Numbered from the stretch's first letter, positions 9,971 to 20,519 are shown. The stretch is DNA of 64,000 nucleotides from an uncultured Spirochaetota bacterium (GCA_963845535.1 CAWJSK010000012.1:544001-608000); one strand, 5' to 3'. Program-made: numbers and translations. The notes: generated by a model from the sequence alone, not told the origin.

Positions 9971-10372
9971 ATGCCCGTGATCGAGGTAACTCCTTCACAG
10001 GCGAAACAACTGGACCTCCTCCGCACAAAGTACGACATCAAGCTGATTGTCGGGTTCGGCTCAAAGGTCAGGGGCAACGTCCACCAGTCAAGTGATCTTG
10101 ACGTCGGGGTTCTTTTCAACCGCGGGACGCTGACCATGAAGTGCCTGCAAGATCTGGAGGCAGTCTTTCCTTTGGAGGAAGTTGATCCCGCCTGCCTGAA
10201 CCGCGCAGACCCTCTTTTCCTCGGGCAGATCACCGCCCAATGCGCGTTGCTGTCCGGCACCGAGTCGGATTTCCATGAGTTCCGCTGCTACGCTTTCCAG
10301 CGCTACGCGGATTTCCTTCCGTACCTGGCGCTGGAAGCCACAACGAACTCTCGACGCCTGGAGACGTATTGA
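9971..10372 (+). CDS. Minimal nucleotidyltransferase antitoxin (MntA-like); start 9971 ATG or 9977 GTG
   Basis: GS-x10-DLD motif; directly upstream of HEPN gene; TTGACG at 9941. Confidence 0.85.
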   Translation: MPVIEVTPSQAKQLDLLRTKYDIKLIVGFGSKVRGNVHQSSDLDVGVLFNRGTLTMKCLQDLEAVFPLEEVDPACLNRADPLFLGQITAQCALLSGTESDFHEFRCYAFQRYADFLPYLALEATTNSRRLETY

Positions 10373-10373
10373 C

Positions 10374-10802
10374 ATGTCGGTCGACCGCTTGCTCGTCGAG
10401 CGCAAGATCGCTCTCATACTCGATGACCTTGATGAGGTGCGAAAACTGGCGAGTCTCAGCGTGGGTGACTTTCTGGCGGAAGCTACCAACGAAGTCCTCG
10501 CGGAGAGATACCTCGAGCGGATTGCCGGTCGACTCATCGACATCAACTTTCACCTCTCGGCCGAATTGCTCTCAGTCACTCCTCACGACTACAGGGATTC
10601 CTTCCTTCAGGTGGCGAGGACCGGAATCGTGACCCTTGAGAAGGCGAAGCGCTACGCCGGCCTGGCCGGTCTCAGGAACAGGCTCGTCCACGAGTACAAC
10701 GGGATTGACGAAAAGCTCATTCATCAGGCGCTCTCACGGGTGGTTATCGATATTCCGTCCTACCTGACCGCGATTCGGGAGCACCTCGACCGGCAAAAGT
10801 AG
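10374..10802 (+). CDS. HEPN/DUF86 ribonuclease toxin (HepT-like)
   Basis: RNRLVHEY (R-x4-H-x-Y) motif; paired with MNT. Confidence 0.88.
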   Translation: MSVDRLLVERKIALILDDLDEVRKLASLSVGDFLAEATNEVLAERYLERIAGRLIDINFHLSAELLSVTPHDYRDSFLQVARTGIVTLEKAKRYAGLAGLRNRLVHEYNGIDEKLIHQALSRVVIDIPSYLTAIREHLDRQK

Positions 10803-10906
10803 CTGCTCGCCGGATCTGCAAGGGTTCCTGCTGAAAATCGCTTCCCTGCGCAAGAACCGGGTGGTTCCCCCCTCACCGCTCCTGTAACCTTGAGCATGAG
10901 GAGCAG

Positions 10907-11209
10907 ATGATGCGCAACAACACGACATTCACGCTGGCCAAAGGCGAGCTTGTTTCTTTCCGATCCCGGACGCGGCCCCTGAAGATTACGTGCCTGTCGG
11001 GCCAAATCTGGGCAACCATCGACGGAAGCCCCACGGACTACCTTTTCGGGCCCGGCCAATCCGCGAGCTTCGACCGCGGAGGCGCCGTGGTCATCCAGGC
11101 GCTCAGGGTTGCGGAAGTGCGCGCGGAGCGGGCGCGGCACACCGAGGCGCTGGCGGACTATCCCCCCGGCTCGAGGACGATATCGAACACTCCCGTTGCC
11201 GTGCCCTGA
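10907..11209 (+). CDS. DUF2917-like small cupin-fold protein
   Basis: ITCLSGQIWAT..G...DY...PGQ pattern; GAGGAG RBS. Confidence 0.7.
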   Translation: MMRNNTTFTLAKGELVSFRSRTRPLKITCLSGQIWATIDGSPTDYLFGPGQSASFDRGGAVVIQALRVAEVRAERARHTEALADYPPGSRTISNTPVAVP

Positions 11210-11607
11210 TGCGGAAAGCACTCGGTCTGGATGGGGAGGAAACCGTCCGCGGCAATCCTCATGTGGATGTGGGGAGGGCGGCCGGTGGATGGGGACGGGA
11301 AGGGACTCTGGAACCTGTAGTGGCCGCTCTTGTCGGCCACCACGGTGCCCGAGTAATGGTCCGAATATCCGTCAGGCCCTGCCAGCCAAAGCTCGACGGT
11401 GGCGCCCGGAATGGGCTGGCAGTCTCCCGAAGCGCGGACGGTGCCCGTGAGAACGTAGCCCGCTCCCACGCTCGACCGCATGGGAGCCTCAGGCTTGTAG
11501 GAAGCGTCCAGATGCTCACCCTCGGTGGCAGTGCACTCCGCTGCAAGAGAGCCCGCGGAGAAGAGAAGGAAAACCAGGCCGGCAAAAATCAGAAACACCC
11601 TGTTCAT
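11158..11607 (-). CDS. Exported intradiol ring-cleavage dioxygenase-like protein
   Basis: Signal peptide; LTGTV, PIPGATVELW, GRPPHIH. Confidence 0.7.
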   Translation of the reverse strand: MNRVFLIFAGLVFLLFSAGSLAAECTATEGEHLDASYKPEAPMRSSVGAGYVLTGTVRASGDCQPIPGATVELWLAGPDGYSDHYSGTVVADKSGHYRFQSPFPSPSTGRPPHIHMRIAADGFLPIQTECFPHQGTATGVFDIVLEPGG

Positions 11608-11618
11608 GTCGGCAATCT

Positions 11619-12476
11619 TCACAGAGTCACCTCCACCCCGATATTCCATGGATCACGAAAACGAAGCACCCCGTCCGCAAGCGCGGCCTCCACCCCGGCG
11701 TCCTTCAACCACCCGGAAAGCCTTCCCTGCTCCTTCGCGTTCGGCGCCTTGATGACGAACGACTCGAGCCCGGATGATCCCGGCGGAGCCGGTGGCGCGC
11801 CTCGGGAGCTCCAGCTGTTTAATCCCAGGTGGTGGTGGTAGCCTCCGGCGCTCACGAACGCCGCTCCCTGCCAGGCGGAAACGATGTCGAAGCCGAGGAT
11901 GCCATGGTAGAACTCGACGGCCTTCCGCACGTCCGAGACTTGAAGATGCACGTGGCCGATGCGCGTCCCAGCCGGCAGCGCGTCCGGCGCCTCCGCTTCA
12001 TTCTCCCCATCCCGAAGCAGGTCCCCAAGGTCCAGCCGCTCGGTTGCCATCTTCACTGTGCCGTCCTCCCATCTCCACTGGTCCCGCGGCCTGTCGCGGT
12101 AGACCTCGATCCCGTTGCCGTCCGGGTCTGAGAGATACAAGGCTTCGCTGACGAGATGGTCGGCCTCGCCAATCCGGACTTCCGCCTTTGCAAGCCGGCG
12201 AAGCACGCGGCCCAGGGCAGGACGGGTGGGCACCAAGACGGCGAAGTGATAGAGGCCGGACGCGTGGCGCGCCGGACGCGCCCCCGGAGTCTCCTTCAGG
12301 ATGACGATGGGCGAACCGTCTCCGCCTGAAGCGCCGAGGGCCGGCATGCCCGCGCCGACGGGAACGAACCCGAGCGCCTCCTGATAGAAGCGGACCGAAC
12401 GCGCGGCATCAGCAACGCGGATTGTCACGGGCCCCAGCGTCGTCGCCGGGTGGAGGGAATGAGCGGCTGTTTTCAC
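11619..12476 (-). CDS. Two-domain VOC/glyoxalase (CatE-like catechol 2,3-dioxygenase family)
   Basis: GLYHFA, DHLVSEALYLSDPDGNGIEVYRDRP, IGHVHL, GGYHHHLGLN; probable GTG start at 12476. Confidence 0.88.
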   Translation of the reverse strand: MKTAAHSLHPATTLGPVTIRVADAARSVRFYQEALGFVPVGAGMPALGASGGDGSPIVILKETPGARPARHASGLYHFAVLVPTRPALGRVLRRLAKAEVRIGEADHLVSEALYLSDPDGNGIEVYRDRPRDQWRWEDGTVKMATERLDLGDLLRDGENEAEAPDALPAGTRIGHVHLQVSDVRKAVEFYHGILGFDIVSAWQGAAFVSAGGYHHHLGLNSWSSRGAPPAPPGSSGLESFVIKAPNAKEQGRLSGWLKDAGVEAALADGVLRFRDPWNIGVEVTL

Positions 12477-12569
12477 GGCCGCGGTGTTGGTTGTATTCGT
12501 TGTATCATTGTACGCCCCTGCGATCCTCAATATACTCACACTAATATACTCACCCGGAAGGGGCGCGAC

Positions 12570-15112
12570 GTGCGGATACGATTCTCCTTGGTTGTTCTCC
12601 TTGCTGCCAGCGCGGCTTCCCTGGCCGCACAGGAGCCTCCGAAAGGGCCCATCGTCGACAGGGTGCTGTTCGACGTTCGCATGCGGGAAGACATAGGCCT
12701 GAAAGATGCCGCAGAAGGCAGGACTGACCTTTTCCTGTATCCCGTCCAGGGAAACACATTCAGGTCTCTCCCCGCGGACACGCAAAGAAAGCTCGACGTG
12801 TACAACGTCCCCTCGGGGAGCTGGTCCCTCATGATCAACCCCATTCCTAACAAGGCGCCGTACACGGTCACCGTCGACGGCGTTGAGTACTTCAACCCTT
12901 TTGCCATCCGCGAGGTGCGTTACGCGCTCAACTTCCTCATCAACAGGAAGTATATCGTGGATGAAATTCTGGGGGCGCCGGCGGTCCAATGTTCACCATG
13001 GCAACTCCGGGCCAACCGGGCACGTATCGCTACAATCTCATCCCGGTGAAGCTCGGAATGACGGCGGCAGGAAACGAAAAAAAGGCCATCCAGGACATCG
13101 CCGCCGCGTTGGAGAAAGCGGCCGGGCTTCCCGCTCTCCAGGGGAAGCTCGTCAAAGGAGAGAAGTTCTGGCAGTGGAACGGCGCGGACCTCACGGTGAA
13201 GATCCTCATCAGGGTGGACGAGCCCAACGGCCGACTGAAGGAAGGCCGATACATCGCGGACCAGATTGAAAAGGCGGGCATCCGGGTGGAAAGGCTTGAA
13301 TGGGACAGGGCAAAATGCGTCCAGGTGGCGTACAAGGATGACCCTGCCCGCTACGAGTGGAACATCTACACCGAGGGCTGGGGCGCTGGAGACACCCGCC
13401 AGTACTGGGACAACGTCGTCTCCCAGTGGTACGCGCCCTGGCAGGGCCACCAGGCCGGCGGCACTGATCCTCATTTCTGGAGATACACGAATCCTGAGTT
13501 GGATTCGCTCACCCGCGGGATCGAGAACGGCCAGTTCAAGGACGCTCACGAATACTGGGACGCCATCCTTCGGGCAACGGAGCTCGGCCTTACGGAGGCC
13601 ACCCGGATCCAGATCTCCTGTAAGTCGCAGCTGTTCGCCGCCAACAAGGCGCGGTTCAACCGGCGGATGGTTTACGGGCTTGGGGATGGGCTCGACGCGT
13701 GGTCACTGGTCACCGCGGACGTCAAACCTGACGCAACGGGAGAGAAGGTGCTGCGCGTCACTCAGCCGTCCGAGCACAGGTCCCTTTTCACGAGCGCATG
13801 GGACCCCGTTGGTGTGGACGGCTTCAAGGACATGTACAGCCTTTTCATCTCCACCCCCACGGTGGACAGAGCCACCTTTGTGACTCCCAACGCGGCGGCG
13901 GACGCGCCCTTGCGGGCGAGCTGGCGGGACGTGCTGACAAAGGTGAGCATAGGGACAGACGACAAAGGCCTGCCTGCCGTGGATGGCGGCGTCCCCGTGC
14001 CGGCTGACGCAATCGTGTATGACCCGAGGCAGTCCGCCTGGGTACCCGTAGGGCCTGGCGTGAGCTCCTTCAGCAAAGCCACCTATGTCTATGCGTGGGG
14101 GAAATGGCATGACGGCGTGCCCATCGGCATTGCCGACATCATGTACGCCCAGGCATTCATCTGGAAATGGACCACGAAAGTCGGGGACAAGGACAAGTAC
14201 TACGATGCCGGCTACGAAAGCGTGATGAGGCCCGCGCAGGACATCATCAAGGGCATTGTCGTGAACCCGGACAAGAGCATCACGGTCTACTACAACTTCA
14301 ACCACATGGACCCCGACCATATTGGCGCATCCGGCGCGCTGTACACGTCCGTCAGCGCGTCAGGGCGGCCGGTCAATTGTTCGTGGGAAATCGTGGAAGC
14401 GCTGGCCAAAATGGTCGCTGAAGGCGGAAAGTCCGGCACAGCCTGGAGCTTCTCTTCGGATCCCGCCTATACGGAAGTGGACGTGCTGGCCCCGACCTGC
14501 CTGGCCGACATCACGGCCAAGCTCCAGGAGCTCATCGACACTTCGTACGTGCCGGAGTCCATAAGGCAATTCACGACCCCCGAAGAGTGCATTGCCCGCT
14601 ACAAGGCTGCCATTGCCTGGATTGACGCTCATCATAACGCCTACATCAACAACGGTCCTTTCTTCATCAACGCCGTGGACCTCGCCTCGAACTTCGTCGA
14701 GCTGAAGGCTTTTCGAGATCCCTCCTACCCCTTCGAGGCAGGCTATTGGAACCGGTATTTCCGGATGGCAACGACGAGAATCGACTCCGTTACGCCTCCT
14801 CCCATTGCGCTGCGCGGCAAGCCGCTTGCCGTTGCCGTCAGGGTTTCCACCGTTGAGTACCCTGACAACGCCGCAACGCCCACCGATGCCACCGCGCACG
14901 TCAGGCTGACCCTAACCCTTCCCGGGGCTCCCGGGTCTTCCGGCGATGAGAAGACGTACAACGGAATCTTTGTGAGGCCGGGGCAATACTCCGTTATCAT
15001 TCCCGCCGCGGACACGAAAGCCTTTGCCGCCGGGACATATACGATCATCGCGGAGTCGCGGCTGCGCGCGGAGACACCGTCGGTTGAACCCTCCGCCATC
15101 GTCCTGTTCTGA
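12570..15112 (+). CDS. Large family-5 (peptide/oligosaccharide) ABC substrate-binding protein, split by a frameshift at G5 run 12971-12975
   Basis: Signal peptide; NPFAIREVRYALNFLINR; YTEGWG; WHDG...IADI; one extra G joins ORFs 12450-13049 and 12989-15112 as DEILGGAGGPM. Confidence 0.8.
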
Positions 15113-15173
15113 AGGGACGTCATGTGCCAGGCCGCGCGCAGGCGCTGGAAAGAAATATGATGGAGGTTCTCTC

Positions 15174-15527
15174 ATGGACAAGCTGGAAGAGATCACTCAG
15201 AAGCGTAAAGCAGCCCATCAGAGGCTCGTGTCGCTGGGCTCCAAGGTCTACAAGGGATTTCTGGAGATGGAACGGGCCACGTACTCGGACGGCGCGCTCC
15301 CCCGCAGGGTCAAGGAGCTGATCGCCGTGGGGATCGCCGTGCAGACCAACTGTGAATCCTGCATGCAGTGGCACATCGAGCAGGCCGCATCGTGTGGTGC
15401 ACCCTTCACGGAAGTCCTGGAAGCCGTGGAAGTTGGGATCGAAATGGGCGGCGGCCCTGCCACCGTCTCCGCCCGCTTCGCGCTGGAGGTCATGGCGAAG
15501 GTCTTCCGGCAGGGAGCCGGCGCATGA
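15174..15527 (+). CDS. Carboxymuconolactone decarboxylase/AhpD family
   Basis: GAL...KELIAVGIA...CESCMQWH. Confidence 0.88.
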   Translation: MDKLEEITQKRKAAHQRLVSLGSKVYKGFLEMERATYSDGALPRRVKELIAVGIAVQTNCESCMQWHIEQAASCGAPFTEVLEAVEVGIEMGGGPATVSARFALEVMAKVFRQGAGA

Positions 15528-16327
15528 GCCCTCAGCAGGGATATCGCTGGGACGCGGAAGGGTATGCGCGCAATTCGGCGGCCCAGTTCCAATGGGCGCT
15601 GGAGCTGATCGGCAAGCTCGACCTGAAAGGGGACGAGCGGATCCTCGACATCGGATGCGGGGACGGGAAAGTCACGGCAGAGCTTGCCCGCCGCGCGCCG
15701 CGCGGAGAAGTGGTCGGCGTGGACAGCTCGGACGACATGGTGAGAAAGGCGCGCGCCGTCTTTCCCGCATCGTCCAACACCGGCGTGACCTTCCTCCGGA
15801 TGGACGCGCGCGAGCTTTCCTTCCCGGACCCTTTCGACGTGGCGTTCTCCAACGCCGTTCTCCAATGGATCAAGGACCACTCATCCATGCTGCGCGGCGT
15901 CGCCGGATGCCTGAAGTCGGGCGGACGGCTCCTCTTCCAGATGGGAGGCAAAGGAAACGGAGAAGAGATCTTTTCCGTTGCCGCGGAGATCATTCGAAGC
16001 GACCCCTGGCAGGAGCACTTTCGAGGGTTCGAGTTTCCCTGGGGGTTCTACGGGCCGCAGGAATACGCGGGCTGGCTGGCGAAAGCGGGCCTTGAAGCGC
16101 AACGGATAGAGCTCATCCCGCGCGACATGAAACAGAACGGAAGAGAAGGTCTCCTGGGCTGGGTAAGGACCACATGGATGCCGTTCACGGAGAGGCTTCC
16201 CCCGGACATGCATGAGCGCTTCCTTGCGGAAGTAGCGGATCGATATCTCGCCATCCACCCGCTTACGCCGCAGGGAGAGGCAGTTGTGCGCATGGTGCGG
16301 CTGGAAGTCGAAGCCGTCAAGAAATAG
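15524..16327 (+). CDS. Class I SAM-dependent methyltransferase (trans-aconitate MTase-like)
   Basis: ILDIGCGDG, FDVAFSNAVLQW. Confidence 0.88.
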   Translation: MSPQQGYRWDAEGYARNSAAQFQWALELIGKLDLKGDERILDIGCGDGKVTAELARRAPRGEVVGVDSSDDMVRKARAVFPASSNTGVTFLRMDARELSFPDPFDVAFSNAVLQWIKDHSSMLRGVAGCLKSGGRLLFQMGGKGNGEEIFSVAAEIIRSDPWQEHFRGFEFPWGFYGPQEYAGWLAKAGLEAQRIELIPRDMKQNGREGLLGWVRTTWMPFTERLPPDMHERFLAEVADRYLAIHPLTPQGEAVVRMVRLEVEAVKK

Positions 16328-16343
16328 CGCACGAGGCCCGCGA

Positions 16344-17117
16344 ATGGAAATCCTCTGCACAAACGATGACGGAGTGATGTCACCTGGCCTTGCGGCGGCA
16401 GTCCGGGCCGCCAGCAATTTCGGGAACGTCTGGGTTGCCGCGCCGTCGAGCCAGAAGACCGGCGCAGGCCGGAGCCTGATTGGCGACAGGACAAAGCCTT
16501 TTTCGACCGTCGATTTGCGCGTCGGCGCGGACACGATCACCGCGTTCCACAGGGAAGCCACGCCCGCAATGGTGGTCCGGCATGCGTTTTACACCGTGCT
16601 GCATGACGTGAAGATCGACCTCGCCATATCCGGAATCAATTACGGTGAAAACATCGGGTATGACATCGGCAACTCAGGGACCGTCGGTGCTGCCATGGAA
16701 TGCGCCACGCGAGAGGTCCCCGCGATAGCCGTTTCAATGCAGACCGAAGTCACGGGACACCGTAGCTACGGAGACGTCGATTGGGCCGCGGCACAGTTCT
16801 TCCTCGGAGAGTCGATACGCAGGTTCATCGAAAAAGGCGGGTTCCACGGCTTCGACGTCCTGAAGCTGGACGTGCCCATGGGCGCTGATGAACGAACCGA
16901 ATGGAAGGTGTGCGCCCTCCACCGAAACCCATACTACCTGGCGCGAATAAGCAAACACTCACCTGATGCCATGGTGGCCGAAACGAGCCTGTACCTGGAT
17001 GAGTCCAGCTACATGCCGGGGACGGATGCGTATGTCCTGATCAAGGAGAAAAAAGTTGCCGTTGTGCCGCTCCTCCTCGACTGGAGCGCCGCCGGCACGG
17101 GAGACTACTTCACCTGA
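16344..17117 (+). CDS. surE: 5'/3'-nucleotidase SurE
   Basis: ILCTNDDG, SGINYGENIG, SGTVGAA. Confidence 0.9.
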   Translation: MEILCTNDDGVMSPGLAAAVRAASNFGNVWVAAPSSQKTGAGRSLIGDRTKPFSTVDLRVGADTITAFHREATPAMVVRHAFYTVLHDVKIDLAISGINYGENIGYDIGNSGTVGAAMECATREVPAIAVSMQTEVTGHRSYGDVDWAAAQFFLGESIRRFIEKGGFHGFDVLKLDVPMGADERTEWKVCALHRNPYYLARISKHSPDAMVAETSLYLDESSYMPGTDAYVLIKEKKVAVVPLLLDWSAAGTGDYFT

Positions 17118-17127
17118 GGTGGATTCT

Positions 17128-18330
17128 TCAGCTGACTTTCCGCAGCCTCGTGTCGGCGAAGACGCGCGCCAGGCGCTTCATCCCCTCCTCGATCATGGGC
17201 TCGTCAGCGTTGGAGAAGTTCAGCCGCAGGGTGTTGGCGCCGCAGTCATCCGTGAAGAAAGCCTGGCCGGGCACGAATGCAACCTTCTCCTTGATGGCTC
17301 TCTCCAGGAGGTCCATGGATGACATCCCTTCCGGCAGCGTCATCCACAGAAACATTCCTCCCTCCGGCTTGGTGCAGAGCACCTCCGGCGGGAACAGCTT
17401 CTCATACAGGTGCACCATGAGGTCCCGCTGCCGGCCGTATGCCTCCCGGATGCGGGCAATGTGGCTCTCAATGTCATTGTCCGCCAGGTAGCGATGAACG
17501 ACCAGTTGCGCGAACCCATTGGACTGCAGGTCCGCGGCCTGCTTGGCCACAATGACCCGCTCCATGATGTCATGGTGCGCGCACAACCAGCCCAGCCGCA
17601 TCCCGGGGGCCACGGTCTTTGAGAACGTGCCCAGGAGAACGGCCCAGGGTGCAAGCTCCGAGCTTCCCGGAACAAGGCCCATGGGCGCAACGGCCTGCCC
17701 GCTGAACCGGAGCTCGCTGTACGGGTCATCCTCCACGAGCACGGTGTTGCCCCCTGCAAGGAGGGAGGCCGCCTCCCGGCGGCGAGCAGCGGACCAGCTT
17801 ATCCCCGACGGGTTTTGGAACGTCGGGATGGCATAGAGGAGCTTGGGATCATCTTCCGTGAGGGCGCGGGCAATCAGCTCAGAGCGAACTCCGTCCTCAC
17901 ACAGCTCCAGGGCGCGGAAGCGCGGCTCGAAAAGGCCGAATGCCTGGATGGCGGCAAGGTAGGTTGGCCGCTCCACGAGCACCACGTCACCCTGGTCGAG
18001 GAAAGCCTTGGCGACAAGGTCCAGCCCCTGCTGCGACCCGTTCGTGATAAGGATGTCGTTTGCCTTTACCTGCACGCCCCGGCGCGCGTAGCGGGCGGCA
18101 ATGTATTCCCGAAGCGCGGGGAACCCTTCGGTGGTGGAGTACTGCAGCGCGGCTGCGCCGCTTTCCGCCATCGTCTTCTCCGTGGCGCGTGAAAGCTCCT
18201 GGAGCGGGAAGAACCGCGGGTTGGGAAGCCCGCCGGCGAAGGAGATGATGGAAGGATCCTCGGTGACCTTGAGAATCTCACGCACAAAGGACCTGCGCGC
18301 CGTTGCCATCCTGCGGGAAAACCTAAGCAT
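17128..18330 (-). CDS. PLP-dependent aminotransferase class I/II (LysN/MocR-like, no HTH)
   Basis: ISFAGGLP, GSQQGLDL, EDDPY, TFSKTVAPGMRLGW, LRLNFS. Confidence 0.9.
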   Translation of the reverse strand: MLRFSRRMATARRSFVREILKVTEDPSIISFAGGLPNPRFFPLQELSRATEKTMAESGAAALQYSTTEGFPALREYIAARYARRGVQVKANDILITNGSQQGLDLVAKAFLDQGDVVLVERPTYLAAIQAFGLFEPRFRALELCEDGVRSELIARALTEDDPKLLYAIPTFQNPSGISWSAARRREAASLLAGGNTVLVEDDPYSELRFSGQAVAPMGLVPGSSELAPWAVLLGTFSKTVAPGMRLGWLCAHHDIMERVIVAKQAADLQSNGFAQLVVHRYLADNDIESHIARIREAYGRQRDLMVHLYEKLFPPEVLCTKPEGGMFLWMTLPEGMSSMDLLERAIKEKVAFVPGQAFFTDDCGANTLRLNFSNADEPMIEEGMKRLARVFADTRLRKVS

Positions 18331-18712
18331 CTGATCCTCCGCGCCCTCGCTGTCCTCCTTGCTCAGGCCCGCCTTCAGGCTTCTTGCGAAGCCTCCGCGC
18401 GAGCGACCAGACCGCCTGGGCAAGCAGGAGCCCGATTATTACGTACACCCACCAGGGAAGGTTTCTTCCGGCAACCAGGACGTACAGGTACGGGACAGCC
18501 GTGGAGAGCAGGAATATCATGCTCCAGAGAGTCACTTCGTTCAAGTGTTTTTTCGCCACGGCCCGTACCATGCGGTAGATGGAATAGTAGAAAACGGGGC
18601 TTGCTCCGAAGAGAAGGACCAGAAAGACGACGGGGTTGACGCCGTAGTCCGCGCGGGCAGCTTCCATCTGTCGGGCAACCCACGAAAGGATGGCGTGCAA
18701 AAGCCATTCCAT
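18323..18712 (-). CDS. Hypothetical membrane protein
   Basis: About three hydrophobic segments; GGAGG upstream; overlaps aminotransferase start. Confidence 0.6.
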   Translation of the reverse strand: MEWLLHAILSWVARQMEAARADYGVNPVVFLVLLFGASPVFYYSIYRMVRAVAKKHLNEVTLWSMIFLLSTAVPYLYVLVAGRNLPWWVYVIIGLLLAQAVWSLARRLRKKPEGGPEQGGQRGRGGSDA

Positions 18713-18731
18713 TCTAGTCGAACCTCCGCAT

Positions 18732-19970
18732 CTAGTCGAGCCTCCGCACGGACGGGACGAGGACCGCCACGGTCAGGGCGCACACGAGCGTCCCCGCGGC
18801 CCCGATCTCGATGGTGAGCGGCACCCCCAGGACGGTGGCGACGGAACCAGCCAGGAGGGCCCCTATCGGCATGAAGCCGAAGAACGCCAGCATGTAGATG
18901 CTCATGACCCTGCCGCGCACCGCGTCCGGCGTGAGGGTCTGCACGAGCGCGTTGGCAAGGTTGTTGAGGGCGATGTTGGCCGCGCCCACGGCAAATATCG
19001 CGAGCAGGGAAAAGGGAAGGGCCCGCGTAAAAGAAAAAAGGATGAGCATCACGGGAAAAACGAAGCTTGCGGCAGTGATGGTCCTTCCCTTGCGGCGCCT
19101 GTGAGCAAAGGAAGCGATCCAGAGGGCGGAGCCGAGCGCGCCAATGCCTCGCGCGGACTGCAGGAACCCGTTTACCCGCGAGTCACCGTGGAGGATTTGC
19201 ACGGCCCAGGCAGGGAGAAGGGTGGCGAACGACATGCCGAAAAGGCTCACCGCGGCCAGCAGGCAGGTGATGGCCAGAATCCGCTTGTCCTCACGAAACG
19301 CGCGAAGCCCGTCCCTGATGTCGCCGACCGTGGACCCCCGGCGAGGCGGCGGGGTAAACCGCGGAAGGCGCATGGCCAGAAGCGCGGCAATGACGGCAAG
19401 GAAGGAAATGCCGTTGATCGCGAAGCACCAGCCCGGCCCGAACAGAGCGTACGTCAGCCCTCCCACGGCCGGGCCGATGGCGGTGGCCGTGTTGAACATC
19501 ATGGAATTGAGCGCAATTGCGTTTGTGAGAACGGGCCTGTCCACCATCTCCAGGACGAAGGACTGACGCGCAGGGGCGTCGAAGGAGTTGACCACCCCCA
19601 GGAGGAACGCCAGCACGATGATATGCCAGGGAGCTACGACGCGCAGGAAAACGAGCAGGGAAAGCACGAACGCCAGGAGCATGCTGAGGGCCTGCGTGAT
19701 GACAATGAGGTTGCGCCGGGGCACCCGGTCCGCAATGGCCCCTCCGTAGAGCGTGAACGCCCAGGTTGCCACACCGGAAGCGAATCCCACGTACCCGAGG
19801 AAAGCCTCCGATTTGGTCAGCTCGTAGACGAGGTAGCCCTGGGCCGTGGTCTGCATCCACGTCCCGAAGAGGGACGTCATCTGCCCCAGGAACCAAAGAC
19901 GATAATTCGGGTACGCCAGGGCCGCAAAGGTCCTGACCGGCTGTGGGCTGGCGACGCCTCTTTCTTCCAT
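18732..19970 (-). CDS. MFS transporter (MFS_3/DHA3-like)
   Basis: GTWMQ, GAIADRVPRR, FDAPARQS, RGRVMS. Confidence 0.9.
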   Translation of the reverse strand: MEERGVASPQPVRTFAALAYPNYRLWFLGQMTSLFGTWMQTTAQGYLVYELTKSEAFLGYVGFASGVATWAFTLYGGAIADRVPRRNLIVITQALSMLLAFVLSLLVFLRVVAPWHIIVLAFLLGVVNSFDAPARQSFVLEMVDRPVLTNAIALNSMMFNTATAIGPAVGGLTYALFGPGWCFAINGISFLAVIAALLAMRLPRFTPPPRRGSTVGDIRDGLRAFREDKRILAITCLLAAVSLFGMSFATLLPAWAVQILHGDSRVNGFLQSARGIGALGSALWIASFAHRRRKGRTITAASFVFPVMLILFSFTRALPFSLLAIFAVGAANIALNNLANALVQTLTPDAVRGRVMSIYMLAFFGFMPIGALLAGSVATVLGVPLTIEIGAAGTLVCALTVAVLVPSVRRLD

Positions 19971-20045
19971 TCCCTTTCACTATAGCCAGAAACAGGGACC
20001 TTGGAACAGCGGAGGTGGTATATTGAACCCGGCGGAGGAACTTCC

Positions 20046-20519
20046 ATGGACGAAAAAAAACTTCGCGAACAGCTTGCCGCCACCCTGAGCGGACATGGTG
20101 CGCACGTGCCTTTTGAAAAGGCCGTGGAGGGCTTTCCCGAGGAAGCCGCGGGGCGCCGGCCGGCGGGGCTTCCGCATTCGGCGTGGCAGGTGCTCTCCCA
20201 CCTCTGGATCAGTCAGTGGGACATCCTGGAGTTCGTGAGGGATCCCTCTCACGAGTCACCCGAGTGGCCCGAAGGCTACTGGCCGAAAGAGCCGGCTCCC
20301 CCGCAACCGTCGGAATGGGCGGCCACGGTGAAAAAGTTTCGCGCTGACCTTTCCTCCATGATCGAGCTCGTCCGCGACCCGAAGAATGACCTGCTTGCCC
20401 CCATTCCCCACGGGGACGGACAGACCCTTCTGCGTGAGGCGCTCCTCGTCATCGACCACAACTCCTATCACGTGGGGCAGCTCGTCGACATCCGCAGGAG
20501 CCTCGATGCCTGGGGGTAA
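20046..20519 (+). CDS. DinB family protein
   Basis: HSAWQVLSH, DHNSYHVGQ His triad. Confidence 0.85.
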   Translation: MDEKKLREQLAATLSGHGAHVPFEKAVEGFPEEAAGRRPAGLPHSAWQVLSHLWISQWDILEFVRDPSHESPEWPEGYWPKEPAPPQPSEWAATVKKFRADLSSMIELVRDPKNDLLAPIPHGDGQTLLREALLVIDHNSYHVGQLVDIRRSLDAWG

